Assembly: GCA_048884785.1 (NCBI GenBank)
Contig: JBHLQM010000072.1
Location: 1-14,140 of the forward strand
DNA: 14,140 nucleotides
Source: Candidatus Thorarchaeota archaeon
Lineage (GTDB): Archaea > Asgardarchaeota > Thorarchaeia > Thorarchaeales > Thorarchaeaceae
Direction: 5' to 3'
The notes beneath the pieces were generated by a model, which was not told the DNA's origin, ran no database searches, and was given only the letters and a program-made list of their open reading frames with translations. Position 1 is the first letter of the stretch, and every line of letters starts with the position of its first letter. The position numbers and the translations under genes are program-made. Shown here piece by piece: positions 1 through 7,061 of the stretch.

Positions 1-73
1 AATCTTGGGGTCGCAAGTAGGGAGAAGTCGTAACAAGGTATCCGTAGCGGAAGCTGCGGATGGATCACCTCCT
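1..73 (+). rRNA. rrs: 16S rRNA, 3' end (partial)
   Basis: AAGTCGTAACAAGGTA universal motif, helix 45 (TCCGTAGC-GGAA-GCTGCGGA) and anti-SD tail GGATCACCTCCT ending at 73. Confidence 0.98.
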
Positions 74-80
74 AAGAATC

Positions 81-223
81 GCACAGCCGACAAGGCTGTG
101 CATCATTTGCTTGCCTGTCTTCGGACAGGGGGTGCAGGCTTACGACGGGACTGTGCAATCGTATCACATGGTTGCCATTGAGGGACTTACCCTCCTACCG
201 CTGTTGAGCACCCTTTTTCATTT
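81..223 (+). repeat. 16S 3' trailer element, copy T1 (native, complete)
   Basis: Hairpin GCACAGCC-GACAA-GGCTGTGC (81-101); CCTGTC-TTCG-GACAGG hairpin (114-129); GGGTGC (130-135) complementary to GCACCC (208-213); inner hairpin GAGGG-ACTTA-CCCTC (180-194); T-rich tail TTTTTCATTT (214-223, probable terminator). Repeated downstream. Confidence 0.9.
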
Positions 224-310
224 CTGCAGTATTCTGTCATGCCTCAGCGGAGCACAGGCCCAATGCTTCTCCTTAGGTAACTCCAAAGCCTCCAATCCTA
301 TGAGTCAATG

Positions 311-340
311 AGGTTATAAGCAATTATCAACATTATAAGT
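311..340 (+). promoter_or_regulatory. Putative TATA promoter/operator of the TA operon
   Basis: TTATAAG at 314-320 and again at 333-339. The first lies ~25 nt before ATG 342, which fits a leaderless archaeal transcript. Confidence 0.5.
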
Positions 341-341
341 T

Positions 342-539
342 ATGATAGACATGGGCGAAACCACAACGATTCCTCTCTCAAAGGAAACTCGTGATCTCTT
401 GAAGAAGTTCGGTCAGAAAGGCGAAACGTATGACGAGCTTATCCGACGCCTGTTGGAAAGCGCTGAGCAGATGGAATTCGCCAAACGCCAGAAACGAATC
501 CTGTCAGAAGAGGAGTTCGTTCCGCTTGAAGAAGTATAG
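342..539 (+). CDS. Antitoxin, ribbon-helix-helix type (archaeal RelB/VapB-like); start may be ATG 351
   Basis: TTTIPLSKETRDLLKKFGQKGETYDELIRRLL is a typical archaeal RHH antitoxin N-terminus; acidic tail EEEFVPLEEV; overlaps the toxin start. Confidence 0.85.
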   Translation: MIDMGETTTIPLSKETRDLLKKFGQKGETYDELIRRLLESAEQMEFAKRQKRILSEEEFVPLEEV

Positions 540-807
540 GGTCCTACTTTCGCAGACTGCTGTTTCGCAACTTCGAATGCTGGAAGTGAAGGAAGCTGAG
601 AGGATCAAAGAAGCACTTCAGAATCTTCAAGATGATCCCTTTCGTAGGCGTTCGGGAGCAGATATCAAGAAATTGATAACGACCAATGAGCCGCCACTTT
701 TTCGACTACGAATAGGAAACTACCGAGCTATCTACTTCGTACTTGAGGGAGAGGTTAAGGTCACAGAGATCATTCATAGAAGTAAAGGATACAAGTGGCT
801 GGAATAA
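526..807 (+). CDS. relE: Type II toxin, RelE/ParE family (93 aa from TTG 526)
   Basis: YRVLLSQTAVSQL...DIKKL...FRLRIGNYRAIY...IIHRSKGY RelE signature. SD GAGGAG at 510-515 supports TTG 526 rather than the track start at 430. Confidence 0.9.
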   Translation: MKKYRVLLSQTAVSQLRMLEVKEAERIKEALQNLQDDPFRRRSGADIKKLITTNEPPLFRLRIGNYRAIYFVLEGEVKVTEIIHRSKGYKWLE

Positions 808-955
808 GCCCTCTCTATTCAGGGTTGCGCACTTTCTAGCTTGTCCTGTCTTCGGACAGGGGGTGCAGGCTTACGACGGGACTGTGCAATCGTATCACAT
901 GGTTGCCATTGAGGGACTTGCCCTCCTACCGCTGTTGAGCACCCTTTTCATTTTT
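807..955 (+). repeat. 16S trailer element, copy T2
   Basis: 845-953 matches T1 114-223 except one substitution (920 G vs 189 A) and one T fewer in the T-run. The 5' part is divergent but keeps a hairpin (AGCCCT...AGGGTT, 807-826) followed by GCGCAC...GCTTG. Confidence 0.95.
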
Positions 956-1048
956 GAAGAATCTAATAGATATTAATGTATGAATTTGTTGCTTTCTTCT
1001 TCTCCATTATATACTCAAAATAATCTTGAAATAAATAGTGTGAATAAG

Positions 1049-2089
1049 ATGTCTGGCAGAAGGGAATATGATGGTAGTAGAGTTCATCTTTCCTTGGCCG
1101 GTAGTGGTGATCCGTGGAGTTCTCTGTCGAAGCTCCGCAAGAGGATACTGAGAGAGCTTCATGACACTCCTGACATCAACGAGATAGCATCGATACTGAA
1201 AATGAATCACGACGAACTCTTGTCGGAGATACGACCGATGATGGATGCAAGCCTTGTGCATAAATCATCTGAGGGATACCGTCCGTCCTTCCTGGTCACT
1301 GATGAAGATGAAACCATGACTGTATTCAACCATTCATGTGAGTTCAGCAAGAATCTGGCTGATATAGTCGAGAAGAATATGGATGACATTAGAACATCCT
1401 ACAACGAACTTGAGATTAGCAAGTCGTACGACTTTGATGATTTTGCATTCTTCCTTGTTGGTGGAAGAATACTTGATATCAAATTGCTTGAGAAGCTCAC
1501 TATGGGAAATCGAGTAATGCCCCCAGCTCCAGCACGACCAAGTCCGGAGAGGCCTGACTCACGCTACTACTTCTTCATGGTAGAAGGAGATGTTACCCAT
1601 CTGGGAGGGTTTGGTCAAGACGATTCGAACATGCCTTGGGCGAAATGGTATTTCATAACCTTTGGACAGAATGTCATTGATGGCAAGGCAAACCCAGAAC
1701 GAAGAAAATTGGAAGAGAGATACTCTGAAATCATCGAATCAGGAGTCTGTCAATGTCCAGAGGATATTGGAGAAGCCCTTGGTATCCCAATCGTGACGTT
1801 GCTGGACTCAGACTTATGGGAAGCTACGGCAGACATTCACGCTGAGTACCTCTGTCAGTGTTATGAGCAGCAAAATCCCTCGATTCAGGCATTGCACACT
1901 GGTCTGAAGTCCGGTCAGTATGCGCCTCACAGTTTTGGTGAGTTCTATTGCTGGTATGCTCACATTGCATATGCGAGTGCCATTGAGATACTCGAAGAGC
2001 GCGGAGTGATTTTCATACCGCCATCCCGGTTTCAAGCGGCTGTTTGGTGTAGAGAACGAGATAATGAAGGACTGCTTTCAGAATTCTAG
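1049..2089 (+). CDS. Hypothetical protein with probable N-terminal winged HTH (start ATG 1049 preferred over 980)
   Basis: Long ORF. LRKRILRELHDTPDINEIASILKMNHDELLSEIRPMMDASLV resembles an ArsR/MarR-like wHTH; the remainder is not recognised. Confidence 0.7.
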   Translation: MSGRREYDGSRVHLSLAGSGDPWSSLSKLRKRILRELHDTPDINEIASILKMNHDELLSEIRPMMDASLVHKSSEGYRPSFLVTDEDETMTVFNHSCEFSKNLADIVEKNMDDIRTSYNELEISKSYDFDDFAFFLVGGRILDIKLLEKLTMGNRVMPPAPARPSPERPDSRYYFFMVEGDVTHLGGFGQDDSNMPWAKWYFITFGQNVIDGKANPERRKLEERYSEIIESGVCQCPEDIGEALGIPIVTLLDSDLWEATADIHAEYLCQCYEQQNPSIQALHTGLKSGQYAPHSFGEFYCWYAHIAYASAIEILEERGVIFIPPSRFQAAVWCRERDNEGLLSEF

Positions 2090-2099
2090 ATGTTATACT

Positions 2100-2169
2100 T
2101 CACATACTTGCTGTACTGGATTTGGTGAGAAGGTTCTGCCTCACACCGTTGAGCACCCTTTTCATTTTT
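2100..2169 (+). repeat. 16S trailer element, copy T3 (3' part only)
   Basis: GTTGAGCACCCTTTTCATTTTT (2148-2169) is identical to T2 934-955. It is preceded by hairpin GTGAG...CTCAC (2125-2144) and TCACAT..TTGC as in T1. Confidence 0.85.
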
Positions 2170-2234
2170 CTATACCTTCTGATTTGACTTCCTCTATCAT
2201 CATTGTAATATTCAATTATGTGGAAGGTTTGATT

Positions 2235-2396
2235 ATGAAGGAAGTAAACGGCCTTTATGAATGCGAAGAATGTCATTTGTTTTATGAAGATGCAAAATGG
2301 GCAAAGAAATGTGAAGAATGGTGTATCGAGCACAAGTCCTGTAACCTCGAGATTACGAAACATGCCACTAAAGAATCTAAATTATCTCTCTCATAG
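2235..2396 (+). CDS. Small Cys/His-rich zinc-finger-like protein (53 aa)
   Basis: YECEECHLFY...AKKCEEWCIEHKSCNLEITKHA pattern with CxxC and CxxxC...H..C. The true start is probably ATG 2235 because the track's N-terminal extension overlaps T3. Confidence 0.75.
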   Translation: MKEVNGLYECEECHLFYEDAKWAKKCEEWCIEHKSCNLEITKHATKESKLSLS

Positions 2397-2448
2397 ATGT
2401 TCTAAGTTGCTTATCTCAAATGGACTTGGAATATAGACTGACCAGGTC

Positions 2449-2503
2449 AGGTGAATAGGGAACTTTCCCTTGCCTCGCCTTTTGAGCACCCTTTTGCATT
2501 TTT
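2449..2503 (+). repeat. 16S trailer element, copy T4 (3' part only, divergent)
   Basis: TTGAGCACCCTTTTGCATTTTT (2482-2503), preceded by nested stems AGGTGA/TCGCCT and AGGGA-ACTT-TCCCT (compare GAGGG-ACTTA-CCCTC in T1). Confidence 0.8.
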
Positions 2504-2667
2504 CTTCCAATACTTGAAACATTCACATGCACCAAGAACGATTATTAGAGAAGCTGGTTTATCGAAAACATCCTCAAAAGAGTTCTAGGCACGCCTTCAT
2601 GCACATCTAGTCCTATTTCGAACCGGGCTATATGATGGTCATGAATTAGAAGCGATGGTGGATTTAA

Positions 2668-4029
2668 ATGAAAGCAAAACAAGGACTGGTTTTTGCCATC
2701 TTGGCATCATTTTGTATATTGCTGTTCTCTCAAGCTACAGAATTGACTTTCGATAGGAGTTCGAATAGCAAACAATTCATGATGTCAGAAACAGAGGCAC
2801 ATTATGAAATCGTTATTACACACAACGATAACTTCACAGCCCAAGGATGGGACGGAAACGGTACAGCTGTTAATCCATTCCTAATTTCAGGACTGGAAAT
2901 CGCCAGCGATGCAATTTGTATCAACATTAGCAATACAGACTTGTACTTCATCATCGAGAACTGTCACTTGACCAGTGAAGGCTCAACTCCAAGTGGATAT
3001 GGCATCAGTTTCGAAGCTGTCAGTAATGCACAGGTGCGTGACATCTTCATAACAAGGAAAGTAATTGGAATAAATGTACTTGACGCCTCTGATACCCTTT
3101 TTTCAAACGTCACCATTTATGACTCCAGCTCGGGCGCCTATATTAGAGACTCAACAGACACCTCCATATCTAATAGCAGCATCATTGGCAGTACAGAGGG
3201 TTCAGCCATTATTTTGGATAGTAGCGATCACTGTAATATAATTGGCAATCAAATCCATGGTAATCAGGTTGGGTTCCTTTCTAATTCCTCTGAATGGATT
3301 AGCATCACGAATAATACAATTGTTGGAAATTCTGCCTATGGCATTCAGTCCACAAGCGGTAGCAAGAAACTCTCAGTTTATTGGAATAGAATTGGCTGGA
3401 ACGGCATAAATGCCATTGATAATGGAACCACGAAATTCTGGGATAATGGGAACTATGGAAACTGGTGGAGTGATAGTGATAATGATACTGCATACTTGAT
3501 ACCAGGTGCAGCGAATGCAAAGGACCGTCACTCTCAACTCTGGACTGATAACTTGGGACCTGATATTCACACAGTGTTATCTCAGAGTAAGTCTGATAGC
3601 ATATACTCTATCCATATCTCTGCGGAGGTTGCAGATAATATCGCAGTCGATCAAGTGATCGCATCCGTTTCATTGGATGATGAGGTTTCTTGGGAGAATA
3701 TTACAATGGATTGGTCATATACATCATGGACAACTAGCATCGATTCTCTATCGGCAGACAGCACAATTCACTATGTGGTTTATGCGAGTGATTATGCAGA
3801 AAACTGGGAAGTGACCTCAGCTGACGTATATTCCATAATCGTTGAAACTGATACTGGCTCCACATCGCAAACAACTACTACAGATACGAATACTACCAAT
3901 GGATTCACTGGCAATGGACCGGAAATTGGCCCGATAGTGATTGCTGCAGTTTTCGGAGCAATAGCAATAATCAGTGTAGTGGCGGTTCTTATGTATCAAT
4001 ATCCCTCCAAGTTCAGACGAAATAACTAG
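2668..4029 (+). CDS. Membrane-anchored surface protein with right-handed parallel beta-helix (NosD/pectin-lyase-like) repeats
   Basis: N-terminal signal peptide, GWDGNGTAVNPFLI motif, I-x-x-N-x-I beta-helix repeats, GNWWSD motif, Ig-like segment, Thr-rich linker, C-terminal TM and basic tail. Confidence 0.85.
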   Translation: MKAKQGLVFAILASFCILLFSQATELTFDRSSNSKQFMMSETEAHYEIVITHNDNFTAQGWDGNGTAVNPFLISGLEIASDAICINISNTDLYFIIENCHLTSEGSTPSGYGISFEAVSNAQVRDIFITRKVIGINVLDASDTLFSNVTIYDSSSGAYIRDSTDTSISNSSIIGSTEGSAIILDSSDHCNIIGNQIHGNQVGFLSNSSEWISITNNTIVGNSAYGIQSTSGSKKLSVYWNRIGWNGINAIDNGTTKFWDNGNYGNWWSDSDNDTAYLIPGAANAKDRHSQLWTDNLGPDIHTVLSQSKSDSIYSIHISAEVADNIAVDQVIASVSLDDEVSWENITMDWSYTSWTTSIDSLSADSTIHYVVYASDYAENWEVTSADVYSIIVETDTGSTSQTTTTDTNTTNGFTGNGPEIGPIVIAAVFGAIAIISVVAVLMYQYPSKFRRNN

Positions 4030-4056
4030 AATGCTTGCGAGAAGGAATCTGCGAAG

Positions 4057-4273
4057 ATGCATCTAAAACCGGTGCATACCCTTTCGCTTCGTTCTTTGAT
4101 TTTGCCTTAGGAGCAGATGGGCGCAGTTGATAACGAAGGTTTGTTCCTAAGTGACACTGCCATTTGATTCTCTTGTCCCTATGATCCGAATAGCGTTTCT
4201 CACACACGCATAAGGGGAATTCCGGATTCGCGGACTTACCCCCATTGCACTTTTGAGCGTTCTCTTTCATTTT
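4057..4273 (+). repeat. 16S trailer element, copy T5 (full length, highly divergent)
   Basis: Same order of elements as T1: hairpin ATGCATC/GGTGCAT (4057-4077), hairpin TTTGC/GCAGA (4101-4117), GGGCGCAG...ACGAAGG, GGACTTACCC (4232-4241), TTGAGCGTTC-TCTTTCATTTT (4253-4273). Confidence 0.7.
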
Positions 4274-4283
4274 GCAGAATCTC

Positions 4284-4730
4284 TCATAATTTGGCTGATC
4301 TAGGTTTTCTCTTGACTTCAAGAAGCCTCTTGATATCGGTAATGGTTGCTGATGAAGGAATCCTTATCCAAAGCCATTTGCCATCCTGCAATTGGTCTGT
4401 GGTTGCGAATATCTCTTTAAGACCAGAGCCAAGTTCGTCTAGTATGTTCTCCACTTTTTCTACCTCTTTCTTGCCTAGCACAATTAGGACAGTAAAACAT
4501 CCGGATTCTGGAAACAGTGTACAGAATGTCTTTCCACCTTTTCGATATCGTACTGTCCATCCATATTTCTTCCCGTAGAATATAATTTCAAAATCAAAGT
4601 CATAGTTTGAGCCAAGAAATGACGTCAGTTCGACCCAATCTCTTGTTGCCTGCTTCCCAATGAAGTGCTGTATATCCTCCTCAGTTGGTTTTCTCTCCTT
4701 ATCACACATTCTTTCAGGTGTGCTAGTCAA
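4284..4730 (-). CDS. DUF3788 family protein
   Basis: FYGKKYGWTVRYRKGGKTFCTLFPE...FTVLIVLG...DGKWLWI...DIKRLLEVKRKP; TTG start with upstream AGGAG. Confidence 0.85.
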   Translation of the reverse strand: MTSTPERMCDKERKPTEEDIQHFIGKQATRDWVELTSFLGSNYDFDFEIIFYGKKYGWTVRYRKGGKTFCTLFPESGCFTVLIVLGKKEVEKVENILDELGSGLKEIFATTDQLQDGKWLWIRIPSSATITDIKRLLEVKRKPRSAKL

Positions 4731-4831
4731 TTTCAGATTACTCTCCTGTTCTTTGGAATACCGCTTTCGTTAGCCACGATTTCCATGGAATATTGCCTTT
4801 CGCCAAAGAAAAAGCTTTCATCCTAAAGGAA

Positions 4832-4906
4832 ATGCAAATCTTCAGAGTCGTGCATCATTTGCTTGTCCTGTCTTCGAACAGGGGGTGCAGGCTTACGACG
4901 GGACTG
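4832..4906 (+). repeat. 16S trailer element, copy T6 (5' part only)
   Basis: 4850-4906 matches T1 98-153 with one inserted T (shared with T2) and one G>A substitution. It is preceded by an ATGCA...TGCAT hairpin; the GAGCACCC/T-rich 3' end is absent. Confidence 0.9.
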
Positions 4907-4975
4907 AACGTTAACTCACTGCACTGTCATGTAGTATTCCTAAATGACTTCGGAATAGCTTCTAATCGGCCTACA

Positions 4976-5128
4976 AATCTAAAATGGTAAACAAACCAAT
5001 TGACCTTTATATAGGTTAATGTTTTAATAAACAAATACCATATATAATAGGTTATAAGCAATTTGAATAGACAGACTCGCATATAAAACTCATGAAGATT
5101 GGTTTCTAGTACCTAAGGTGATGAAGAG
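4976..5128 (+). promoter_or_regulatory. Promoter/regulatory module, copy 1 (paralogous to 7614-7839)
   Basis: AATCTAAAATGGTAAACA...AATTGA...TATAGGT block, AATAGGTTATAAGCAATTTGAATA block, CGCATATAAAA TATA box and SD AAGGTGATGAA, all with counterparts at 7614-7839. Confidence 0.7.
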
Positions 5129-5293
5129 ATGCTAGTATTGGAACTTGAATTACTGGAGGAGCTGGTATATTCTCTCTTTGTAATGTTTTTTGCAGCTGCA
5201 GTATCTCTGTTTCTGAGCAAACTCACGAACTATGCTTCCAGAAAGCCTACAGTTCCAAAAATGGCAGTATTGGAATCATACTTATCCATATGA
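5129..5293 (+). CDS. Small single-TM protein (54 aa) upstream of antiporter 1; not in the ORF track
   Basis: MLVLELELLEELVYSLFVMFFAAAVSLFLSKLTNYASRKPTVPKMAVLESYLSI; SD AGGTGA; 24 of the first 37 residues are identical to the ORF at 7840. Confidence 0.8.
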   Translation: MLVLELELLEELVYSLFVMFFAAAVSLFLSKLTNYASRKPTVPKMAVLESYLSI

Positions 5294-5302
5294 GGAATAT
5301 CC

Positions 5303-6637
5303 ATGGCATCATCTGACTTCATACTACCATTTCTCCTTCTTGCATTGATTCTTACAATAATCAAGGTATCCCAAGTTATATTCAAGAAACTCGATTTGCC
5401 TGAAGTCCTGGGGGAACTTCTGGTTGGAATAATACTAGGACCTACAATGTTAGGAATCCTATATCTGAATGCAGTACCGACATCATCTTTGAGCTTGTTT
5501 TTTGAGATTGATCAAAATCAGCTTGATATTGCTTCACTCATTATCAATTTCATCAGCAATCTTGCAGTACTCTTGTTGCTGTTCAAGGTGGGAATGGAGC
5601 TTGATTTTCATGATATGATTAAGGTGCGCACTCCTGCGTTTGTGACTGCAGGAGCTGGAATTTTGTTGACAATTGCTGGAGGTATAGTATTCCTTGTAGC
5701 ATTAGTCGGAATAACCACGTTGGATTTGCAGCCTCACGGTGTTGATATATGGTACTCAGCAATATTCCTTGGTGTTGCATTTACTGCAACCAGTATTGGC
5801 ATCAGCACTCGCCTGTTTTGCGACTATAAGAAACTTCAGACGAAAGTCGCCCAAACGGTCGTGGCCTCTGCGATATTTGACGATATTATTGCAGTTGCAT
5901 TATTCTCATTCGTTATCGCATATTTCACCAGTGCAGAATCATTGAATCCTTTCGGACTTCCCATAATTCTAGTTAATATCACCCTATTCTTTGTTGTAAG
6001 TTACATTCTATATAGGTATATTCTACCCTATTTCTTCCAAAAGACAAAGAAATACGACGACAAAACATTGCCTGTTTTTGTAAGTCTGTCTCTAATGCTC
6101 TATTTGGCATTCTTTGCTCAAATGCTGGGACTAGCTCCAATAATTGGAGCTTTTGTAGCAGGGGTCATTATTGGGAATGAGGATGAGTATCTTGATATTC
6201 ATGATGATTTTGAGCCCATTTCTTCTTGGATTATTCCCTTCTTTTTCATAAGTATTGGTTTGACCATCAACCTTGTTCCATCTTTGAATGTCATCTCGAT
6301 TCTTATCGCGCTACTATTGGTTGCTGTAGCAATTGTACCAAAATATGCAGGTGGAATATTTGGATCTTATTTCGGTGATTACGATAAGGGAGAAGCTAGA
6401 ACCATTGGTCTTAGCATGGCTGTTAGAGGCGAGGTTACCCTCTTCTTTGCCTATACAGGCTTTCACCTTGGATATTTCACAGAAACACTTTATGGAATCG
6501 TAATCCTGTCAGTCATTCTAGTTTCCTTTATTCTCATTCCTCTGCTCAAGCACGCCTGTATGAATTGGCTACCAGAGAACGGTGTGAAATGTGAAACACC
6601 CATCATCATCTCACCTGAAACTTCCGACATTTCCTAG
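5303..6637 (+). CDS. Cation:proton antiporter, CPA2 family (NapA/Kef-like membrane domain)
   Basis: LPEVLGELLVGIILGP, LLFKVGMELD, ATSIGI, AIFDDII, IIGAFVAG, PFFFISIG, VRGEV motifs; about 13 TM segments. Confidence 0.93.
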   Translation: MASSDFILPFLLLALILTIIKVSQVIFKKLDLPEVLGELLVGIILGPTMLGILYLNAVPTSSLSLFFEIDQNQLDIASLIINFISNLAVLLLLFKVGMELDFHDMIKVRTPAFVTAGAGILLTIAGGIVFLVALVGITTLDLQPHGVDIWYSAIFLGVAFTATSIGISTRLFCDYKKLQTKVAQTVVASAIFDDIIAVALFSFVIAYFTSAESLNPFGLPIILVNITLFFVVSYILYRYILPYFFQKTKKYDDKTLPVFVSLSLMLYLAFFAQMLGLAPIIGAFVAGVIIGNEDEYLDIHDDFEPISSWIIPFFFISIGLTINLVPSLNVISILIALLLVAVAIVPKYAGGIFGSYFGDYDKGEARTIGLSMAVRGEVTLFFAYTGFHLGYFTETLYGIVILSVILVSFILIPLLKHACMNWLPENGVKCETPIIISPETSDIS

Positions 6638-6811
6638 ACCATTTCAGCTGTTCATTCAGTCAATAGATTGAATTGATACTAGAAGCACTCACATCCGCCA
6701 AGAATGATTATTAGTGAAGTTTGCTTATCCCAAACACACTCAAAAGTCTTCTAAGCGCGCCTCCATGCAGAACTAGTCCCAACTGGCACTTGGTTATCCA
6801 ATTATGGAGAT

Positions 6812-6994
6812 ATGAGTATGAACGAGAAAGAATCTGTATACCAAGCATTTGTGAAGGCTGGAAAGCCGCTGAAAGCTGGTGAAGTTGCCGAAGCAACTGG
6901 GATCGAAAAAGATCAAGTTTCCAAGATAATAAAGGAACTAAAGAACGACGGAAAACTGGTTTCTCCCAAGAATTGCTACTATGCTCCAGCATAA
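6812..6994 (+). CDS. Small winged-HTH protein with C-terminal SPKxCYY motif
   Basis: GKPLKAGEVAEATGIEKDQVSKIIKELKNDGKLVSPKNCYY; GGAG SD upstream. Confidence 0.85.
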   Translation: MSMNEKESVYQAFVKAGKPLKAGEVAEATGIEKDQVSKIIKELKNDGKLVSPKNCYYAPA

Positions 6995-7061
6995 TAGTCC
7001 AATTAGAATCATCTTTCTGTTTCCTACAGATATTCCACGTATCCTCTTCACATACCTGTGA

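Noticed and set aside
203-209. GTTGAGC matches the integron attC core GTTRRRY (also in T2 and T3)
   Set aside because: There is no complementary RYYYAAC at the other end, T4 and T5 have TTTGAGC, and no intI is present. These are not canonical attC sites.
130-213. Possible C/D box or K-turn in the trailer (TTGA next to a terminal stem)
   Set aside because: No convincing RTGATGA box C in T1 or T2; cannot be supported from sequence alone.
60-311. 83-aa ORF and the similar ORFs at 743-976 and 4793-4990, which look like a paralogous protein family
   Set aside because: They are translations of the non-coding trailer repeat. They overlap the 16S tail or relE, and copies differ by frameshifting indels.
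430-525. N-terminal extension of RelE in the ORF track
   Set aside because: It overlaps the antitoxin; the SD and the family pattern support TTG 526.
2064-2234. N-terminal extension of the Zn-finger ORF
   Set aside because: It overlaps the upstream gene's end and repeat T3; ATG 2235 is more plausible.
4013-4321. 102-aa minus-strand ORF
   Set aside because: Antisense read-through of T5 that overlaps both neighbouring genes, with no recognisable motif.
81-4906. Repeats as a CRISPR array, tRNA or 5S rRNA copies
   Set aside because: The repeats are long, irregular and separated by whole genes, with no cas genes, no cloverleaf or T-loop motif and no recognisable 5S motifs.
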